From an uncultured Actinomycetes bacterium (GTDB lineage: Bacteria; Actinomycetota; Thermoleophilia; UBA2241), in assembly GCA_963725665.1 (NCBI GenBank), contig CAVRZA010000002.1:384001-448000 (forward strand): DNA of 64,000 nt, given 5' to 3'. Position 1 is the first letter of the stretch. Each line of letters starts with the position of its first letter. The notes below the pieces were generated by a model. It did not search any database. It worked only from the letters and a program-made list of their open reading frames with translations, and had not been told where the DNA came from. Positions 15,585 to 23,906 of the stretch are shown piece after piece. The position numbers and the translations under genes were made by a program.

Positions 15585-18340
15585 GGCTGCCCGCACGTGA
15601 GGGCATCGTTTGGCCGTCGCCGCTCTGCCCTGATACCGTCGCGCGCGTGGGCACCGCGCACATCGACCCCCCGCTCCCCGGCCTCAGCGACGAGGAGGCC
15701 GCGCGCCGTCGCGCCGCCGGGCAGGGCAACGACGTCGAGATCAGCGCCGGCCGCAGCTACGGCCGCATCGTCCGCGACAACGTCTTCAACTTCATCAACA
15801 ACCTGTTCTACGTGCTCGGCATCGTGCTGCTGGTGCTGGGCAAGCCGCTCGACGCCTTCGTCGTCAGTTTCGTGATCTTCGCCAACACCATCGTGAGCCT
15901 GGTGCAGGAGCTGCGCGCCAAGCGCGTGATCGACCGCATCAGCATCCTCACGCGCCCCAAGGCGAGCGTCGTCAGGGACGGCAAGGTGGCGAGCGTGGAC
16001 CCGGCGCAGATCGTCGTCGGCGACGTGCTGTACGTGCACCCGGGCGACCAGGTGGTCGTGGACGGCCCCATGGCCGGTGAAGGCCGCATGGAAGTGGACG
16101 AGTCGCTGCTCACCGGCGAGTCGGACCTGGTGGCCAAGAGGCCCGGCGACGACCTGCTGTCGGGCAGCTTCTGCGTCACCGGCGGCGGCTACTACGAGGC
16201 GCATAAGGTGGGTCTGGAGAGCTTCGCCAACAAGCTCACGGCCAAAGCCAAGGGCTTCAAACGTGAGCTCACCCCCCTGCAGCGCCAGGTGAACCAGATC
16301 GTCCGCGTGCTGCTCGTGGTGGTGGTCATCTTCGAGATCCTGGTGTGGGTACGGAACACCGTCGTTGACGTGCCCTTCGTGGAGAGCGTACGCATGTCCA
16401 CCGTGATCCTCGCGCTGATCCCCAACGGCCTGGTGCTCTCCATCGCCCTGGCATATGCCCTTGGCACGGTGCGCCTGCTGGGGCGCGACATGCTGGTGCA
16501 GCAGGCGAACGCCGTGGAATCGCTGTCCAACGTCGACGTGCTGTGCACGGACAAGACCGGCACGCTCACGTCCGGCGTGGTCAAGACAGAGCATGTGCTG
16601 GCGCTGGGCGCCGAGCAGCGGCACGCCGAAGAGCTGCTCGGCGCGTTCGCCGCCAGCACGACGGATGCGAACCGCACCATCGAGGCGCTGCGTCAGTCGT
16701 TCCCGGCGCAGCGCCTCGAGCCCACGCACGAGGCGTTCTTCTCGTCGGCGCGCAAGTGGAGCGGCCTCGCCTTCGGCGCGGGCGGCGCGCGAGGCACGTA
16801 CGTGCTGGGCGCGCCGGAGATGCTCGAACCGGCGCTGGCTCCGGGCAACGCCGACGGCCCGCCCGACTGGCACGCGCAGGCAGCGGCGTGGACGGCCCAG
16901 GGCCTGCGCGTGGTGCTCTTCGCGGGGCGGCCGGAGCCGCTCGCCTTCAGCGAGCAGGACCGGCCGCCCGAACTGCCCTCCGACCTGGAGCCTCTCGCCT
17001 TGGTGTGCTTCAGTGACGAGCTGCGACCCGGCGTGCGCCTTACGCTGGACGAGTTCGCGGAGGCCGGCATCGAGGTCAAGATCATCTCCGGCGACAACCC
17101 TACGACCGTGAGCGCCCTGGCGAAGCAGGCCGGCATCCACACGCTGCACCTTCGCGAGGGTGTCGACGCGTACTGCGAGGTCGTGCTGGACCACAGCGAT
17201 GAGGCTGGAGACGGGGGGGCGGATGGGGCGCCGAGCAGCGGGCCGCAAGAGCTGGCTGTCGCCGGCGCCGACGAGCGCGCGCCGCTCGAGCTCGTGGCCG
17301 TGTCCGGCACCGACCTCGAGCGCATGTCGCCGGAGGAGTTTGCGGCCGCGGCGGAGCAGGCGAGCATCTTCGGCCGCGTCACGCCCGAACAGAAAGAGGA
17401 CTTGCTGCTCGCCCTGCGCGGCCGCGGCCGCTACGCGGCGATGATCGGCGACGGCGTCAACGACGTGATCGCGCTGAAGCAGGCGAACGTGGCGGTCGCC
17501 ATGCAGGGCGGGAGTCAGGCGGCGCGGGGTGTCTCCGACCTGATTCTGCTCAACGATACGTTCGCGCCGCTCCCCTACGCCTTCCGCGAGGGGCAGCGCA
17601 TCATCAACGGCATGAGCGACATCCTGCGGATCTTCATGGTGCGTATCTTCTACAAGGCGACGATCATCGCCGCCATCACCGCGCTGGGCGGCTTCCCCTT
17701 CGCGCCACGGCAGGCGTCGCTCATCTCGTTCGTCACCGCCGGCGTGCCGGCGGCCGCGTTCGCCTTGTGGGCCAGGCCCGGTCCTACGCCCAAGGTCTCC
17801 ATGTTCAAGCTGCTGGCACGCTTCGTGCTGCCCACGACGATCCTGCAGCTCGTGATGTCCATCGGCGTCTACCTCGCCTTCGCCGTCCCCGAGAAGAGCA
17901 GCTATCTTGCTGCCCATCCCGGCGCCGGCGAAAGCCAGCTCATCGAGTTCGCCTACCCGCCGGCCCAGACCGCGCTCACGCTGTTCGCTGCGTTCTGTGG
18001 CATCCTGCTCATCGTGCTCGCCGTGCCGCCGACCAGATGGTGGGCCGCCGGTGCCGTGTACCGCGGCGACCACCGCATCGCCGGTGTGGCGGTGGCCATG
18101 TTCGGCTTCGTCATCGGCGTCCTGATCCTGCCGTTCGGCCGCACCCTGTTCGAGCTGAGTGAGCTGCCGGTCTGGCAGTACTTTGCCATCTTCGGCCTCG
18201 CCGTCGTCTGGAGCCAGCTCTGCCTGCTCATCTGGCGTACAGGGCTGCTTGACCGCTGGCTTGGCACGGCGACGGATCCGGGAAACGTGTGCGCCACGCG
18301 GGAGGCGGCCGCACGCGACCTGCGCAGCGCGGCTGCCTAG
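15581..18340 (+). CDS. P-type cation-transporting ATPase (CtpE-like)
   Basis: LTGES, DKTGTLT, ISGDN, PEQK, GDGVND; the ATG at 15581 overlaps the upstream stop (ATGA). Confidence 0.92.
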   Translation: MRLPAREGIVWPSPLCPDTVARVGTAHIDPPLPGLSDEEAARRRAAGQGNDVEISAGRSYGRIVRDNVFNFINNLFYVLGIVLLVLGKPLDAFVVSFVIFANTIVSLVQELRAKRVIDRISILTRPKASVVRDGKVASVDPAQIVVGDVLYVHPGDQVVVDGPMAGEGRMEVDESLLTGESDLVAKRPGDDLLSGSFCVTGGGYYEAHKVGLESFANKLTAKAKGFKRELTPLQRQVNQIVRVLLVVVVIFEILVWVRNTVVDVPFVESVRMSTVILALIPNGLVLSIALAYALGTVRLLGRDMLVQQANAVESLSNVDVLCTDKTGTLTSGVVKTEHVLALGAEQRHAEELLGAFAASTTDANRTIEALRQSFPAQRLEPTHEAFFSSARKWSGLAFGAGGARGTYVLGAPEMLEPALAPGNADGPPDWHAQAAAWTAQGLRVVLFAGRPEPLAFSEQDRPPELPSDLEPLALVCFSDELRPGVRLTLDEFAEAGIEVKIISGDNPTTVSALAKQAGIHTLHLREGVDAYCEVVLDHSDEAGDGGADGAPSSGPQELAVAGADERAPLELVAVSGTDLERMSPEEFAAAAEQASIFGRVTPEQKEDLLLALRGRGRYAAMIGDGVNDVIALKQANVAVAMQGGSQAARGVSDLILLNDTFAPLPYAFREGQRIINGMSDILRIFMVRIFYKATIIAAITALGGFPFAPRQASLISFVTAGVPAAAFALWARPGPTPKVSMFKLLARFVLPTTILQLVMSIGVYLAFAVPEKSSYLAAHPGAGESQLIEFAYPPAQTALTLFAAFCGILLIVLAVPPTRWWAAGAVYRGDHRIAGVAVAMFGFVIGVLILPFGRTLFELSELPVWQYFAIFGLAVVWSQLCLLIWRTGLLDRWLGTATDPGNVCATREAAARDLRSAAA

Positions 18341-18655
18341 GTGGCTAACCGCCCCTCCAGGGCGGCAACAGGGAGATTCTCACGACCCTTCCGTGAACGT
18401 GGAGGCGGCGGAGTCCCCCCTCCCGGTCTCCACGCGCAACCATCCTGCAACCCGCGACTCCCCACACATGACAGAGTCAGGCGTCGGTCTCCCTAACCTC
18501 TGCCCCCGCCTCAGCGGACTCGTTTTCGAGCCGATGCCCGCGCGTTACCCGCGCCACTGAGCCGTAGTGGAGGAAGCGGGCCGGCCACGAGCTGAGCGTG
18601 CCGCGGATGGAGGCGGAGGAGTTTGAGGCCCGGCTCGACGGGCCTGAGAGCGAAA

Positions 18656-18675
18656 CGTGTACTTTCGTGTACTTT
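18656..18675. repeat. 10-bp tandem repeat near the tRNA-Arg 3' end (possible integrase arm sites)
   Basis: cgtgtacttt x2, AT-rich in a GC-rich context. Confidence 0.55.
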
Positions 18676-18742
18676 TAGGGGGTCTGCCGCCCGGCAGGCC
18701 GCCCTCGTCGCGCTCGGAAAGGGCGATTACCAGGGAGTTAGT

Positions 18743-18820
18743 TGGTGCGCCCAGAGAGATTCGAACTCCCGACCTTCGGTTCCGTAGACCGACGCTCTAA
18801 TCCAGCTGAGCTATGGGCGC
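18743..18820 (-). tRNA. tRNA-Arg(ACG)
   Basis: GCGCCCA acceptor, TCGGT-CT ACG GA-ACCGA, T-loop, CCA; TTCACC-N17-TATACT promoter at 18862-18834. Confidence 0.96.
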
Positions 18821-18955
18821 ACCGGGGCAAGGCAGTATACCGCAGAACGGTCGGGCGGTGAACCGGTCGTGGCAGGCGTCTACGTGCACGCGGCGTGGAC
18901 GGGCGCGGGAGAGCCGATGGGGAGGAGACAAGCGGGTCATGCCTGTGGAGGCGAC

Positions 18956-19049
18956 TGGCGGAGACGCCGGGATTCGAACCCGGGAAGGAGGCTTATACCC
19001 CCTTAACCGCTTAGCAGGCGGCTGCCTTCAGCCTCTCGGCCACGTCTCC
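18956..19049 (-). tRNA. tRNA-Ser(GCT)
   Basis: GCCGC-CT GCT AA-GCGGT, variable arm, CCA. Confidence 0.96.
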
Positions 19050-19076
19050 GCCGTGGAGCGCCCATGATACCAAAGC

Positions 19077-19111
19077 GATGGGCGGGTGAGGCAGAGCCTC
19101 ACCCGCCCATC
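19077..19111 (-). terminator. 16-bp perfect hairpin after the DUF378 gene
   Basis: gatgggcgggtgaggc-aga-gcctcacccgcccatc. Confidence 0.7.
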
Positions 19112-19165
19112 CTGCGAGCCGACCGGGAAGCCCAGTCGACTACGTGCGTGTGAGAAAGGTCGGCC

Positions 19166-19744
19166 TCAGGCGGCGTGTCTGTGCTCCTCCTCTGAGACCT
19201 CCGTCTCGACGGTCGTCTCCTCGCTCACGATCTCGAGCCTCTCGCGCTCGACGACCTCATGAGGTCGCACGAGGGATAGCTGGCCCGAGAGCAGCGAGAC
19301 CGCGAAGGGGATCAGTACGAGGCCGGAGATACCGACCAACGTGAAGAAGATCCGGTTGCCGGCCGCCAATGTCCCGAAGCTGAGTCCGGCGATAGCGCCG
19401 ACGACATCGTACTTGGCGATGCCGATGAAACCCCAGTTCAGGGCGCCGAGGGTGGCCATCAACAACGCCGCCCAACCGGTCATGAGCCAAGCGTCGGACG
19501 TGGGATACTCCTCACGCGCCTTCGTGCGCCCGGTACCCAGTGCCACCAGCCACGGGATCATGACCAGCCCGGCGATGCCGATCACCGTGAAGACGATGCG
19601 GCTGCCGGTGGTTACGTCGCCGAAGGTGCCGCGAGCCAAGTGACCGATGATGTCGTACTTGGCGATGCCCACGAAACCGATGTTGATGGCCGACAAGACT
19701 ACGACGATGAACGCGAGCACGCTCAGAAAACGCCACGCTTTCAT
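19166..19744 (-). CDS. Tandem DUF378 membrane protein
   Basis: Two copies of (G/S)A(I/L)N.GF.GIAKYD(I/V)...RI.FT..GI.GL; AGGAGG RBS. Confidence 0.8.
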   Translation of the reverse strand: MKAWRFLSVLAFIVVVLSAINIGFVGIAKYDIIGHLARGTFGDVTTGSRIVFTVIGIAGLVMIPWLVALGTGRTKAREEYPTSDAWLMTGWAALLMATLGALNWGFIGIAKYDVVGAIAGLSFGTLAAGNRIFFTLVGISGLVLIPFAVSLLSGQLSLVRPHEVVERERLEIVSEETTVETEVSEEEHRHAA

Positions 19745-19789
19745 CTTCGTTTCACCTCCTTTTGCAGGTGTTTGCCTACGGTCGGCCAT

Positions 19790-19814
19790 GTTCCCTTTCG
19801 GTGCGCGGCTAAAC
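19790..19814 (-). promoter_or_regulatory. SigB/SigF-type promoter candidate
   Basis: GTTT-N15-GGGAAC upstream of the DUF378 gene. Confidence 0.5.
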
Positions 19815-19973
19815 GGGGGTACGTTCTGAAGAGCCCGTCCGATGACGGCGTACGCCCAAGCGTGGTCGCCCTCGCGAGCGATCCGCGAATGCGCGTGTGA
19901 TCGGCGAATCGGGTGTCGCCGGCCCGCCAGATCGTCGCGGGCGAAGATGGGGGCTGGTCTTCAGGGGGAGGGC

Positions 19974-20021
19974 CGCCGCCGGGCGCGCCTCGCCGCACCC
20001 GGCGAGGCGCGCCCGGCGGCG
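19974..20021 (-). terminator. 22-bp perfect hairpin ending the acs operon
   Basis: cgccgccgggcgcgcctcgccg-cacc-cggcgaggcgcgcccggcggcg just after the acsE stop; no U-tract. Confidence 0.7.
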
Positions 20022-20036
20022 CGCTGCGGAGGTTTG

Positions 20037-20957
20037 TCAGATCCTCAGGTAGGAGTCTGCGTAGATGACCTGGTTCTGCAGCATGCGGTAGGTCTTAAGG
20101 AGCGCCACCTGGTCGGGGTCATCGCCGTCGACCAGACGCTCGTCGAGCTCCTCCATGACCGCCGTGGCGTCGTGTAGCGCCAGCACCAGCCTGTTCAGCG
20201 GCGTCGAGTCATCGCGCTCCTCCACGACCCTGATCCACTCCATCTGCACCGCGTCTAGCGGGTCGGCGATGGCGCTGTCGAGCCCGGCCCCCATGAGCAT
20301 GACCAGGTAGGCGCGGTTGATCAGCGGGCGCGAGTCCGGGTCGCAGCCGTTGGAGACGTTGGAGAGTCCCACGGTCGTCGTCGGCGGCGGGTCGGCGAGC
20401 ATCTTGAACATGCGGATCGCCTCGACCGAGACGTGGGCCACGTCCTGGTTGCAGGTCACGGTGAGCACGAGAGGATCGAGGAAGACGTCTTCGACCGGCA
20501 CGCCGGCGGCCTCGGCGGCGGGCAGCAGGGCCTCCATGGCGATGCCCACGCGGCCGTCGGAGGTCGTGGGGATGCCCTCGACGCCCATCGTCAGAGAGAT
20601 GACGCGCGCCTTGTGGCGCGCGGCGAGCTCCATGACCCTGTCGAGGCGCTCCGGGTCGGCCGAGGCCGAGTTGAGCATCGCGCGCTGCTTGCAGACGGCG
20701 AGCCCGGCCTCCATGGCGAAGAGGTTCGTGGTGTCGAGTGAGAGCGGCACGTCGACGACCTCCTGGACCGCCTCGACGATCCAGGGCATGATCTCAGCCC
20801 CGAGCTTCTTCTGGGGCCCGATGTTCAGGTCGAGGATGCCCGCGCCGGCCTCGACCTGGCGCACGGCGAGCTCCTGGATGTAGCCCGCTTCGCGCCCCTC
20901 GATTGCCTCCTTCACGCGGGGAGAGATGATGTGGATGTTCTCACCGATGATGAGCAC
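20037..20957 (-). CDS. acsE: Methyl-THF:corrinoid Fe-S protein methyltransferase
   Basis: MLIIGENI, LDLNIG, LSLDT, LDPLV, GLSNVS, GLDSAIADP pterin-binding barrel; operon context. Confidence 0.9.
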   Translation of the reverse strand: MLIIGENIHIISPRVKEAIEGREAGYIQELAVRQVEAGAGILDLNIGPQKKLGAEIMPWIVEAVQEVVDVPLSLDTTNLFAMEAGLAVCKQRAMLNSASADPERLDRVMELAARHKARVISLTMGVEGIPTTSDGRVGIAMEALLPAAEAAGVPVEDVFLDPLVLTVTCNQDVAHVSVEAIRMFKMLADPPPTTTVGLSNVSNGCDPDSRPLINRAYLVMLMGAGLDSAIADPLDAVQMEWIRVVEERDDSTPLNRLVLALHDATAVMEELDERLVDGDDPDQVALLKTYRMLQNQVIYADSYLRI

Positions 20958-21741
20958 CGAGCGTCTCCTTTACGGTCGACAGGGACATGAGGGTGTCGAC
21001 GACGTCGTCGACGCCGGCGGCCACGGCGCTCGTCTCCGGCAGGTCGACGAGCGGGCTGCCGACGGCGTCGAACTCGGCCACCTGGCGGTCTTCGGGCAGC
21101 GTGGCGAGCAGGTTGAGGCCGTACCGCGCGATGACCTCCCGGAGTTCGGGCGCGAGCCCGTTCGGGGCGCGGTTGATGACGAGGTAGTGGTGGCCGACCT
21201 TGGTCTTGAGCTCGCCGATGAGCTCGACGACGCGGCCGGCGGTCGTCAGCCCGCGCACCGTGGGGTCGCTGACGATGAGCAGCACGTCGACGTCGCGCGT
21301 CGTGCGCCGCGAGAGGTGCTCGAGCCCAGCTTCGTTGTCGATCACCACGCACTCGTAGGAGCCGGCGATGCGGTCGACGATGGTGCGCAGCATCGTGTTG
21401 GCCGCGCAGTAGCAGCCCGGTCCCTCGGGCCGGCCCATGGCCAGCAGGTCGACGCCCTCGCCCTCCACGAGGCTCGCGTTGATCTCGTAGTCGAGCAGGT
21501 CGGCCTTGGCGACGCCGGCCTCGAGCTGACCGGATCGCGCCTTCTCCGAGGTGTCCTCGCGGATGTCGCCCACCGTGCGCTCGAGAGGCAGGTCGAGCAC
21601 GGTGTTGAGGTTGCTCGCCGGGTCGGCGTCGATGGCCAGCACCGGCCGCATGCCCCGCTCGAGGAGGCTGCGGATGAGGAGGGCGGCGATGGTCGTCTTG
21701 CCCGTGCCGCCCTTGCCGGCGACGGCGATGGTCACGGTCAT
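20941..21741 (-). CDS. cooC: CooC/AcsF nickel-insertion ATPase
   Basis: AGKGGTGKTT, DADP, MGRPEGPGCYC, DNEAGLEHLSRRTT. Confidence 0.93.
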   Translation of the reverse strand: MTVTIAVAGKGGTGKTTIAALLIRSLLERGMRPVLAIDADPASNLNTVLDLPLERTVGDIREDTSEKARSGQLEAGVAKADLLDYEINASLVEGEGVDLLAMGRPEGPGCYCAANTMLRTIVDRIAGSYECVVIDNEAGLEHLSRRTTRDVDVLLIVSDPTVRGLTTAGRVVELIGELKTKVGHHYLVINRAPNGLAPELREVIARYGLNLLATLPEDRQVAEFDAVGSPLVDLPETSAVAAGVDDVVDTLMSLSTVKETLGAHHR

Positions 21742-23870
21742 GGTCTTTCGTCCCTTCGATCGGCATGGTCGGCCGCGGTGCTCTCCCTGCTGCCGGTGTT
21801 GGTCTCCTCGAGCAGCGCCTTGACGGTAGGGAAGGCATCGAGGTCGGTGTGGGGCAAGAAGAGGGCGGAGGTGTATTGCTCCATGAAGCTGTTGTCGACG
21901 GAGAGCTCGAGGTAGGTCATCTTGGCGGCGACGTCGAGGATGTCGTGGCGGCAGTTGACGCACAGGAGGGCGGTGTATGCGCCGAGGGCGCTCGTGTTGC
22001 CCAGGAAGTGGAAGCGCTGCACCGGCTGGTCGGGCAGCAGGCCGATCTGGATGGCCTTCTCCACGTTGATGTACTGGCCGAAGGCGCCGCCGATGAGTAT
22101 CTGCTCGACCGCGGCCAGGTCGACACCCACACTCCGGCAGAGCACGGAGAAGCCGGCGTAGATGGCCGCCTTGGCGCGCACCAGGCTGCCGACGTCGCTC
22201 TCGGTCAGCACGATGTCGTGTCCCACGCCGGTCTCGGACGCCCAGGCGACGACGTATTCGAGGCCGTGCTCGCCCTCGCGCAGCCGTGGAGTGAGGTCGG
22301 TAGCAGTGCGGTCGAAGCGGCCGCCCTTGTCGAGCAGACCAGTGACGAACAGCTCGGCGAGCAGGTCGATGAGACCGCTGCCGCAGATGCCCTGCGGGCG
22401 GGCGTTGTCGATCGTCCGGTAAGTGGGCTCGAAGGTCTCGGCGCTGATCCACACGTCCTCGATCGCACCCGTGCTGGCACGCATGCCGTGGTAGACCTCG
22501 CCGCCCTCGAAGGCGGGCCCGGCCGAACAGGCGCACGAGATGAGCCAGTCCTTGCTGCCGAGCACGATCTCGCCGTTGGTACCCACGTCGATGAAGAGGG
22601 TGAGCCGTTCGGTGGCGAACATCCCCGAGGAGATGACGCCGGCTGTGATGTCACCGCCCACGTAGCTGCCCACGGAGGGCAAACAGTGCACGCGCGCCAG
22701 TGGATTGACGTTGAGGTCTAGCTCGCGAGCGACGAGTTTTGGTGGCGTGGTCACGGTGGGTACGTAGGGCTCTTCGCGGAGGTACTTGGGGTCGAGGCCC
22801 AGCAGCAGGTGGGTCATGGTGGTGTTGCCCGCGATGACGACCTCGTGGATGGCGGTCGGCAGGATGTCGTTGCGGGCGGCGAGCTCTTTGATGAGCTCGT
22901 TGAGAGTACCGACGGCGAGGCGCTCGAGCGTGTACAGGCCGCGCCCGCGCTGCGAGTAGACGATGCGCGCGATGACGTCGTCGCCGTGGGACACCTGGGC
23001 GTTGTAGGCGCTGGCCGTGTCGACGACGCGCGCGGTGCTGAAGTCGACCAGGTAGACCACCACGCTCGTGGTGCCCAGGTCGACGGCGAGCCCGTAGTCG
23101 GTGCGCTCGTCGGCTGCGGGCCTCACGTCGATGATCCGCGGCGGGAGGTAGGAGCCGTAGACCCAGTCACGCATCTCGAGGGTCACGGCGACCTTCCAGT
23201 CGGCCTCGCGCAGGGTGCGCGCGAGTCGCTTGATGATGTCCAGCTCGGCGCGCAGGTCGTCGATGCCGAACTGGCGATTCATCGCTCGCCGCAAGCGGTC
23301 GAAGTCGGTCGTCTGATCGGCCAGCGAGGGCGGCGTGATGTCGAGCACGAACGTGCGCACGGCCGGGTTTCGCTGCCAGTCGCAGCTCACCGGCAGGGCC
23401 TCGGGCTTCGCCGCCGCGTGGCCGGTGGGGAAGACGGGCCCCTTCACCCGGCGCGGCGCGACGACCGTGATCGAGGTCACCGGCTGGTCGGTGACGGCGG
23501 CGGCCTGTTCGGTCGCGCTCGCGACCTGGTCCACGCCGGCCGCCTGGCCGCCCGCAACGGAGGGCACGCCGGGTCCCTCGGCCACGAAGGTCTGACAGGC
23601 CAGCGCGTAGCCTTCTGCCTGTTCCTCGGGCTTGAGGTGCGCGCTGCTGCGCACGCGGAAGGCGCTGCGGGCGGTGGCCGGGTCCGCGAAGCGGACCTTG
23701 CACCGCCCGCAGCGCCCCTGCCCGCCGCACGGCGTCTCGACCGTGACGCCGGCCTCGCTGGCGAGGTCGGCCAGGCTCGCGCCGGGCTGAGCGGCGATCT
23801 TCACCCCGTACGGTTCGAACGCCACGAGCAGCCGCGTCTCGACGGCCGTCTCGGGGGTCCTCCCGCTCAT
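21738..23870 (-). CDS. acsV: Corrinoid reductive activator (RACo, ASKHA plus 2Fe-2S)
   Basis: CGGQGRCGRC...LACQ ferredoxin, DLGTT, GNTTM, DVGTNGEI, SAGPAFEG, GICGSG. Confidence 0.92.
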   Translation of the reverse strand: MSGRTPETAVETRLLVAFEPYGVKIAAQPGASLADLASEAGVTVETPCGGQGRCGRCKVRFADPATARSAFRVRSSAHLKPEEQAEGYALACQTFVAEGPGVPSVAGGQAAGVDQVASATEQAAAVTDQPVTSITVVAPRRVKGPVFPTGHAAAKPEALPVSCDWQRNPAVRTFVLDITPPSLADQTTDFDRLRRAMNRQFGIDDLRAELDIIKRLARTLREADWKVAVTLEMRDWVYGSYLPPRIIDVRPAADERTDYGLAVDLGTTSVVVYLVDFSTARVVDTASAYNAQVSHGDDVIARIVYSQRGRGLYTLERLAVGTLNELIKELAARNDILPTAIHEVVIAGNTTMTHLLLGLDPKYLREEPYVPTVTTPPKLVARELDLNVNPLARVHCLPSVGSYVGGDITAGVISSGMFATERLTLFIDVGTNGEIVLGSKDWLISCACSAGPAFEGGEVYHGMRASTGAIEDVWISAETFEPTYRTIDNARPQGICGSGLIDLLAELFVTGLLDKGGRFDRTATDLTPRLREGEHGLEYVVAWASETGVGHDIVLTESDVGSLVRAKAAIYAGFSVLCRSVGVDLAAVEQILIGGAFGQYINVEKAIQIGLLPDQPVQRFHFLGNTSALGAYTALLCVNCRHDILDVAAKMTYLELSVDNSFMEQYTSALFLPHTDLDAFPTVKALLEETNTGSRESTAADHADRRDERP

Positions 23871-23906
23871 CCTGTCGTTGCTTTGCTCATGTATCCAGAG
23901 ACACCA

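Noticed and set aside
15488-18073. Long antisense or alternative-frame ORFs (also 26459-28858, 26977-28755, 28695-30704, 43508-45694, 58584-60299, 60817-62676)
   Set aside because: Shadow ORFs of well-supported genes in high-GC DNA; Arg/Ala-rich translations with no motifs
20941-22536. 531-aa CooC fusion ORF
   Set aside because: The upstream part is an alternative frame of acsV; cooC starts at 21741 with an ATGA overlap
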